Below, one piece after another: positions 55,321 through 64,000 of a DNA stretch of 64,000 bases. The stretch is from the human T2T-CHM13v2.0 reference genome, Homo sapiens. The notes under the pieces are model-generated. The model did no database searches and was not told the DNA's origin. It was given only the letters and a program-made list of their open reading frames with translations. The stretch lies in NCBI RefSeq assembly GCF_009914755.1, contig NC_060938.1. One strand, given 5' to 3'. Every line of letters starts with the position of its first letter. Positions within the stretch are counted from its first letter, which is position 1. The position numbers and the translations under genes were made by a program.

Positions 55321-55944
55321 GTTCCATAGACTCTCCTTGCACATTTACCATCCCTGCAAATTTCTTTCCTAGTATTTTTCTTTACAGAACAATTATTTTA
55401 TTTCCAGTCTGTCTTTCTCACTGTGCTATAAGCTGTAACCAGGGTCTATCTTGCACACTGGTCTGTTCCCAGGCTCTAGCATGATGACGGTCACGTAGTT
55501 GGTGCTTACTGTATATGGCTCAATGTGATATAAAGGTTGTGAATCTACAACCACAACTTTAGTATATAAGGCATGTCACATATCTTCATTTTCTTTAAAT
55601 CAAGTTAAACGGAACCTTAAATCCACACCCTCACTATCTCACTATCACTGTATTTCTCACATGGATAGTGAGAAATAGAATGTTAATCAACATTGGTTGT
55701 TCATGGGGGGGGTGAGGGGGTGGATTCTGGGAAGGTATCCTTACCAACTGTTAACCATCTCTTAAATTCTTCAGCTGTGGGACCCCCAAAACACCACTGT
55801 AACATCATTTTACTCTCCCATGAGGTCTTCTACCTGCTCTGACCCCAGCTGACCCTAATCTTTGCAGGCACTGCCGTTTCCTCCTTTACACTCTAGGATA
55901 AAATAATAAAATAATTTCTTTAAAAAAAACATGAGGAGCAGTTT

Positions 55945-56263
55945 TTGTTTGTTTGTTTGTTTGTTATTGAGACAGGGGAGACAGAGTCCTGCTCTGTCAC
56001 CCTGGCTGGAGTGCAGTGGCATGATCATGGCTCACTGTAGACTTTTGCCCCTGGGCTCAAGAAATCCCTTCTGCCTCACCCTCCCAAGTAGCTGGGACCA
56101 CAGGTGCCCGCCACCACAACCAGTTAACGATTTTGTATTTTTTTGTAGAAACAAGGTCTTAATATGTTGCCCAGGCTGGTCTTGAACTCCTGGGCTCAAG
56201 AGATTCTCCTGCCTCGGCCTCCCAAAGTGTTGGGATTACAGGCATGAGCCACCGAGACTGGCC
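55945..56263 (-). mobile_element. AluJ
   Basis: (TTTG)n tail, J diagnostics CTCCTGGGCTCAAG, TSD-like GA(g/a)GAGCA.TT. Confidence 0.85.
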
Positions 56264-56346
56264 AGAAGAGCATTTACTTCAAGCAACTTTGACACAAGAA
56301 GTTACCTGCTAGTGGAGGTTAGGAATTTAAAAATACAGGAGGAAAA

Positions 56347-56611
56347 GGCCAGGCACGGTGGCTCATGCCTGTAATCCCAGCACTTTGGGAGGCCAAGGCA
56401 GGAGGAACACCTGAGGCCAGGAGTTCTACTAAAAATACACACACACAAAAAAATTAGCCAGGTGTGGTGGAGGGCGCCTGTAATCCCAGCTACTCAAGAG
56501 GCTGAGGCAGGAGAATCACTTGAACCTGGGAGGTGGAGGTTAGTGAATCAAGATCCCACCATCGCACTCCAGCCTGGGCAACAAGAGTGAAACTCCATCT
56601 CAAGAGACAAA
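56347..56611 (+). mobile_element. AluS with a small internal deletion
   Basis: Perfect 18-bp TSD AAAAATACAGGAGGAAAA at 56329-56346 and 56612-56629. The left monomer lacks about 35 bp (GGAGTT|CTACTAAAAATAC). Confidence 0.9.
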
Positions 56612-56799
56612 AAAAATACAGGAGGAAAAACACAAAATAATATCTCAATAAACTATTCTTCCATAGGGAAAAAAGAAATGACCACATGAATGAATGAGTG
56701 TATGTATCCAGGTCACTAAAACTAGTGATTTTCTCATTATTATAGCCATTTGCTGTCTCAGCCACCATCATATTTGCATATTCATTGTTTACATTCTCT

Positions 56800-57500
56800 T
56801 TCAAAGGCTTCTCCTTGCTCTTAGCATAAAGACCAAAAACTTTGATGAGGCGCTCAAGATTTTACACGGTCTAACCCCAAGCTTTTTGTTTGCCACTCTC
56901 CCTCTAACTCTAAGGCAGCAGTTCTGAATTTTGGCTATGCATTGGATTCAGCTGGGAACTTTTAAAACAATACCAGAGTCATGCCTCATCCCCTAATGAT
57001 TATACCTAAATCTCAGGGGATGGGGCCCAGGTGTCTGCGTTTTTTTAAAAACTCCCAAGTGCAGCCAGGGTTGGGAATTACTGCTTCAAAGTCTCCAGCT
57101 ACACTGGTCTTGTTTCTACTTACTTCGAAGTAGAATGATTCTTCCCAATTTTTGAAACTAGGTCAGTCAACTTCATTTCTTTTCCAGCTTTTTCCATCAT
57201 TAATGACTGATCAGTAATCTTCATACCTCAACCCAACTCTCCTTCTCATGGAAGTCTTCCTGTAACCACCAAACCAGGTCAGATCCCCTGTTCTTTGCTC
57301 TCATCACACCTAACGCATTTTCCCCAGAGCATGTACCATGGTGTGTAATTATTTATCTTCTATGATTTTTTATTAACATCTCTCTCCCATGTTAGATCGT
57401 CAATCCCACGAAGGCAGTGAGTATTGGGGCGTTTGTTCATAATTATATCCAGAGCTTAGGGCATAATAGGAGAACAACAAAATTTTGCACAATGAACACA
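56800..57500 (+). mobile_element. L2 remnant interrupted by MER5A-like element (about 56915-57085)
   Basis: L2 motifs on both sides. The insert has GCAGCAGTTCTGAA..GGGATGGGGCCCAGG..TGCAGCCAGGGTTGGGAATTACTGC. Confidence 0.6.
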
Positions 57501-58979
57501 AATGAAAAAATCAAGGTGTGAATATGAATTCATACATTCAGAGGAATGTATGAACATACTGGGAGTATGTGATCAAGTATATACTACATAATAAAGATGA
57601 GAAATGATATTCTGTTTTTTTGGGTGAAGTTTGAAAGACCTTGAAAATACTTTCACAGATGGTAAATTGACAAGCTTAGTTGTCAAATATGTTCTTGCTT
57701 CTAACATCTATACCCAACAACTTTAGTGAATAATTTCAGAATTTATGAGAAATATTTTTTAATTATTTTAGTTTAATTTTCCAACTTGAATGAAGAAAAC
57801 TTAGTCTTGTGAAAAGAGAGAAAGAAAACCTTGGCATGTGACTGAATGAAGAAACAAATAACTTTCAAAGACTTACAAACTACAGTATTTGTACCTGGGT
57901 GCAAAAGTCATCCCCACAAGCACCAAAAACACGTCAAAACAAAATTAGAGTTTCCTCTTCAGGAATTTCTTAGGGGATAGAAACAGAAATTCTGGCATGT
58001 ATAACATAGCATTTTGATCATTTATTTACTGAAAAAAAAAAATATCAGTTCAGATGTGCTGCGGGTTTTCAGTGAGGTCCGACTTAATCTGACGTATTTC
58101 TTTTAGAATTTAATAGACTTGTCAAAAAATCCTTTATTAAGAAAGATAGAATTTTCCTTCAATATGTTTTCTTTTTTCTTTAAGGTGTGTCGGTATTAAA
58201 GGACTATAGTTCATAAATCAAACTCTAAGTATGAAAAATATTTAGCACTATTTCTCAACAACTTGCAGGATAAGAAACTGCCCAGATGATAAAATTATAA
58301 TTTAGAGATTGAGTCATTATTTAGCTCTTAGGGTGTTTTTTCAATAATTAATCATTTAATTGCCTTCCTATGTGACTTTCCTAATTGTAATGCCTGTGGT
58401 AGTTATATTAGAATATGTAAGATACCATTTGGTTTATTTTAAAGATCATGGCTGGGTGTCTCTGCTCTGTTCTTTGCAGGGACTAGTATATATGTATTTC
58501 ACCATGGCACATTTAAGGATAAGCGATATTTGTTAAATCCTTAAACAGCTGTTTCTAATGTTCTGCCCTGTGCATTGTGTTGATTAGCGGCACGTGGCAT
58601 GGCGATCACACATGGTTCAGAAGAGAGGCTTTCAGAGGCCCTCACCAAGTTCCCCAACACTCGCCTCAATCACAGATGCTCGCCGACAACGTTTCTTCAG
58701 CTGTTCTGATAGCTTCTTTCCCCCTCAGTTGACCATTGAAATGGCTGATCTGTTTGCATTGATAGGGGTCATTTAAACAACAGTTATGAGACAAACATTA
58801 TTGAGTAGCTATTGTGTGTCCGACACTGCATGGAGCCCTGGAAAAGCAAAGGTAATGCATTCAATGTTTTCAGCAAGGAAAAATAATTCTTTGATCACTT
58901 AATTGTTGGGGGTTTTGTTGTCAAGGAGTTCATCTTTACCCACATGGCACCTTTGTAGTAGAAGAAAGATAACATTCGT

Positions 58980-59190
58980 TGGCCATTTATTAAGTGCCAG
59001 GTTTTTTTTTCCTTAACAAATCCAATTCTATGCCTCAAAGCACCGCTCTGGGATGAGAATTTTTTAAGCTTCATTTTGCAGATGGGAAAACTGGGGCTCT
59101 GAAAGGTTAAGTCACTTGCCTGTGAGTGAGTGGCAGAACTTCACCAAGCTACCTAGGAACAAGTCCCTGGATACTAAGAACTCAGAACAA
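58980..59190 (-). mobile_element. MIR
   Basis: CATTTTGCAGATGGGAAAACTGGGGCTCTGAAAGGTTAAGTCACTTGCC. Confidence 0.75.
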
Positions 59191-62100
59191 ATGGCAGAAA
59201 ATGAGTCCACATATCCCTTGCTGAAGAATTGCTCCCTTAGAGGGTCAAAGCAAAATATCACGAATATTAGAGCAAGCAAATTTTGTGACATCAGAGCATA
59301 GGGAGAAATAGATGCTTGTGCAAATAGGAGAGGGGTAAAAAAATCCCTTATTAAAAACCTCAAAAACGCAATCACCCTTTCCAAGTGCCAGGCATTAGTA
59401 ATTTGCTCACCACCCTTCCCTGCAGGCCTGTATGTTTTAACACAACCAATTCTTTTGTATTGCAGGCATGACACCCATTTTTCTGCTACTCGGACAGAGT
59501 CACTTAACAATGATACGATGCAAATATTTGTCCCCGGGTGCTAGGCACACTGTATTTCAATCTGAGATCCGTGAGGAGCAGCTTATGAGCCACTTCTAAT
59601 GGCATTGAGCATCTTCCTCCAATCTACATTCACATCAGTTCCATTTTCAAATGAGTCAAATGGGAAGCTGAAGTTAGCCAGTCAGAGCTTAACACCTCTG
59701 ATTTATGGTCAGAAGTATCTTAATAGGATCATTCATTTTCCTTTGCTCGTTCAGAACATCTGATGTTACAAGTTCCTGGAAATGTTCGTGTATCCTCTGG
59801 TTCTGCAAAAATATAATCTTTATCTCCAAAAGTGACCTTCAAATGAGCAGGAAATGAAAGCCGGCCGCTCTTTCTCAGTCACCTTGCCTTGCTTTATTGA
59901 TGTGTCATAATGGAAATCTTGAGAGCCAGGAATCTCAGAATTATTATGATATTTTAATCTTTTTAGGTTAAGTGTAAATGTGAAGGTGTAGGGCAAAAAG
60001 CATTAGTTTAGGCTTGGCTTTATGAAGTATTTCTTTCTCGCCCTTTTTCTCCTTGTTCAGTTGTTTTAGAGAGTACGTCTCACACGCAAATCCTCAGTTT
60101 CTGGGCTTTCATGAACTTGGTCTTCACTTCTTATACCTTCCTCAGTGGCTTGATTTATGAAATTGGTTGGAACAACTTTAAGCACCCCCTTACCTCTCAC
60201 CCTTTATTCCCCTTCTCCTTTCCTCACCTCAGCACCTCAGCACTAGATCCTTTGTTTCTACTACATATTTAAAAAATATTGCCAAACAAACAAATCTAAC
60301 TGCACTCTGGTTATTTGTCTCCATTCTCACAGGAAATTTGTGTATTTAAACACCTGCTTTGTTCAGTGTGAGACTGCACATGTCAGGATACAGAGGGCTC
60401 CAGGCCCCAAATACTCCAGTTTTCTAAGTAGCTTAGTGTTGATCATGATCTTGCACAAAAGCTATGGTCTTGCTATTATTCTCCTTCTTGATGATGAGCT
60501 TCCAATCTCAAACCATCAGAGTGATCTTTTTACAACATGCATCTCTAGAATTGGTACTCTAACATGTTCTTTGGTTGAGATGAACCCTTAGTAATGGTTC
60601 TGACTTGCTTTACCTAGGGTAATAATTTATCCTCCTGAGGCAGAAATAATTGCTAACTACTCGAATCTAAATGAATCTCAAAGACAATAAAAATTAGGAC
60701 AAAGTAGTGAATTTATAGAGATGTTCTAGTAAATATAAAAATAATCTTTCTCACATCATGATTTCTTAGCCACAAGATCACCCCAAAATAATTAGTTTTA
60801 ACTGTGCACTGAGCTTGTCTGAGACAACCAGATTTTTTTTTTTTTTTTTGGTCTCCTATTACCTAATATGTTCTTTAGGAAAGAAAAACTGTCTTGGCTT
60901 TTTTAAATTGCTAAATTAATAAATTCTCACTGTAAAAAAAATCAATACAGTAATACACAAAATAAAAAATAAAGACTGCTTACCAATGTCACACTCCATA
61001 GATAACCACTTAAAAATTTAATTTCTATCTTTCCAGGTCCTATATAGAAAAGTAGATATATAGGTATAATATTCAGTTACATTTAATAAATATATAATGA
61101 ACGAATATTTCTATCCTAATATTTGTAATATTTCATTGGCTTTATAGTTTGCATCCTTTTTCTGAAGGCTGTATACTGTGGCAATAACACCAGAAGGACT
61201 ACCCTGGAATTGGGGGGGCTGACAGCTGTCCAATTGGCCTGTACCGAATGGATTGAGCATCCGACACATTACATTTGAAGGCCTCAAGGAGATATTTTAT
61301 TATCAGATTTAACAGACCACATACTCTTTCCTTTAGGGAGGTCATAAAATTCCCAGATTATGGGAGCAGATCTTGTGCTCAATTTTCAGTTCTCTGTCTT
61401 AAGCTTGAATTCTTTTTTACTGTACTAAGATCTGTCAATGGAACTTTGGTTAAGTTCCCTCCTGTGGCCAAAGACTTCTTTCCTACATATTTGTTTTTAT
61501 AATAATGTGGTTGTTTTTAAAAAGATGGACTTCCCACCTAAAATAATACAATAAGGGTCATTTTTTTGTTGCTGAAAATATCTATCTGAGCTAATGAGAT
61601 TGTTAATATAAACTGATGAAGCCAAAATGTTTGTGATAGTTCAATAATAATCATAAACCCAATGGGAAGTTTCCTCGGGGTAGAAAAGTACCTCTCGTAA
61701 TAGATAATGAACTGTAAAGAGGAGAAGAGCCTGGTTCTGTCTCCTTTTTGTTGACAAAAAAGGGAGGGAGATGACATCTTTATATGTTAATTTGGCATAA
61801 AAGTCAAGTCCAGGTAGTGAAGGCGAATCCTAAGTCTTCCGTTTCAAAAACATTTTACAAACTAAAAGACACGTCAGCAGGAAAGACTGTTTGGGGCTTT
61901 ATTTTCTACTGGTAGCCAGTTTTGGTTAGGTGTTCTGTTCCACAAAGTAGGATTTCAAAATCTCTGTTCCTCTGGGCATACAATTGTCCTAGTCCAGCTA
62001 CTTTTGGTCAGCTCCTTTCTGTGGTTAGAAACTTTCAGTTCAAAACAGTCACACCACAGCTTTTTTTATTGTCCTCTTTTTCCATTTTATTTCTACTGAC

Positions 62101-62779
62101 TATAATCTTAAGGCATTAGACTCCGTTGCTTGCCTTCCCGTTGTTAATGTCCACTAGAATCGGTCAAGTTTCTCACTTTCCCATAAATAGGGACATAACA
62201 GGAATCTGGTTTAGTTTCGCTTTCTCTTTTCTCCTCTCTTCAGAATCAGAGTCAATAGTCAGCAGTTTGCACTAACATAAATCTTGTTATTGTTTATACC
62301 AACTCCCCCTTTCTAATGCTATTAGAACCACGGTGGACATAGACCCCAGAGATTTGCTCATCTTAAAGCTCTAAAACTGCACCACTTTTATGACAACAGT
62401 AAAACCTTGAGCTGTCACTTCACCCCTACGACTGTTATTCACCGTGATTACTGGCATTTCTTTCTTGCTCATTCCCTCCTGCTCCCATCCCCCATTTGAT
62501 TGTCTGAAAAAAAATGTTTGGAACAAATAAGGTAACAGAGGAATGACTAGCAATTCTTAGTCGAGCTTTGTAAAACTCCAGGGCTTCCTGTATGGAATCT
62601 CTGTTCTGTTTGTGATATATCCATGTACACTTCCCCCTTCCGGAAAACTCATCCCATTATTCTGGTGGGTTTTAATGTGGCTCTGGAAGTGAGAGGGATA
62701 AAGAAAAGCATGGCCGCCTTCTTCCTAATGATGAAATGGCTGTGTCCGGCCAGGAGATTGCACTAACTGCATGACAATT

Positions 62780-63000
62780 TGACCTCACAGACCTAGGTTC
62801 AAGGCTGACCACCACTGCCGCCAGGTTATAAGTTTCGGTCAAGATAGTAGCTTCTCTGTCCTTCAGTTCTTCACTGAAAAAAAAGTCAGGTCTACCTCAC
62901 GGAGCTGCGTTGAGGAGCAAATGAAATAATGTATGTAGAAGTGCATCATAGGCTTGTGAGAACAGAGTAAATCTCCAAAATTAATAAGCTTATTGATTAA
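62780..63000 (+). mobile_element. MIR
   Basis: CAGACCTAGGTTCAAGGCTGAC..CTTCTCTGTCCTTCAGTTCTTCACTGAAAA..TACCTCACGGAGCTGCGTTGAGGA..AAATGAAATAATGTATG. Confidence 0.7.
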
Positions 63001-64000
63001 AAGAAAGGAGGGAAAATGCTTTGGATATTCAAAAGAACTAGAACTCACCTGCTCAGGCATTTAAAAGTTACAGTCAAATGGTCCTGTGGTCTTTGAATTT
63101 AAAGACTGATCTTTTAGAGCATACCTCTAAAAAATTGGAACTACTTATTATTTATTTTTAATTTTCAGTTTTCACTGTGTTGTAGAGTACGAAGGTGGTG
63201 TTATCCTCATTTTAGAAATGAGAAAAATGGTATAAAAATATGTAATTTGCCTCGGGACCCATATCAAAAGCTTTCTGACTTGACAGCCAAGATATTTGTC
63301 GCACAGCCTCCGGAGAAAGGGGAGGATTTATGTGGGAAGTCCATCCTGAGAAAGGTTACATTTCCTCTAATGTATGTTCATTTTGCATGAACACTTTGCT
63401 CTATCCCGGAAGTGTATTAATGGTGTCTTAATTTTTTTCTGTTGTTTCTCTATTAAAATAAATCTGTTTTTAAAATGTTCAGTGTAAAAATACATCGAGA
63501 AGCAGCATTCATAAACAGAGAAAATAGAGCAGAGAAACTTCCTAAGTGCCAAAGTCAGCCACACACCTTCAGATTGAAGCTCCCTTTTCCATTTCCTTTT
63601 TCTTCTCTACAAGTACAAGATGTGCAAAACATGAAGTTTAAAATGATGTTTATCTGAACACTGGGATGGTGACAGTAGTGTTAGAACTGATTCTTTCCAT
63701 TGAGTCATAGAAGAACTCCGTTAAAATCTACTGTCCTGCCTACCCAAAAGGATTTTTTTTTTAATGTTCACATTTAAAATTTCACTTGGAGCAATGCTTT
63801 GGCTCATTTTTTTAAACAAGTAAGTCTATATATAAACAAAATAACAATCTGCAGGATGAATGAGGTGAATAATCTGTAGACTAGACATGTCTGCGAATTT
63901 CTCCTCATTTTGGTCTCTGAAACTGTTGCAGAAATTACTCAGCCTAACTTCAGTTTCAGCCTAACTTCTGTTTCTCAACCAAACTGAAAAATGATTGACC

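Noticed and set aside
59112-59510. 132-aa minus-strand ORF
   Set aside because: Non-ATG start, partly MIR-derived, no recognisable motif.
58180-60340. Several plus-strand acceptor-like sites and a possible exon at about 58729-58851
   Set aside because: Donors are weaker and partly L2-derived. Such signals are frequent in T-rich DNA and I could not build a coding chain.
63939-63974. 17-bp tandem duplication TCAGCCTAACTTC(a/t)GTT
   Set aside because: Real but trivial, with no sign of function.

Overview
Primate, most likely human, non-coding DNA dominated by retrotransposons. No cellular protein-coding gene, RNA gene or CRISPR array is supported. The long ORFs are broken L1 ORF1/ORF2 pieces, Alu read-throughs or low-complexity artefacts. 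From about 13.7 to 43.9 kb there is a stack of co-oriented minus-strand L1s: a truncated L1MA, a full-length ~6.16 kb L1PA4-like copy, an internally deleted L1PA15/16-like copy, and a full-length L1PB1-like copy nested in an older L1. Around them lie Alus, MaLR/ERVL solo LTRs, MER44/Tigger and MER5 DNA transposons, and MIR/L2 remnants. The best candidate for something undescribed is an MLT2A2 (HERV-L) solo LTR at 25431-26187. Its 63-bp core-promoter module has recently expanded to four copies, next to a perfect DUX4 motif. Other points of interest are reuse of one L1 target site by two L1s of different age, an open antisense ORF0 and retained ZNF93 segment in the L1PA, templated inverted-insertion scars, and candidate non-coding exons. 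I see no evidence of a novel protein-coding system. Subfamily names come from my recall of consensus sequences and need RepeatMasker/Dfam confirmation.
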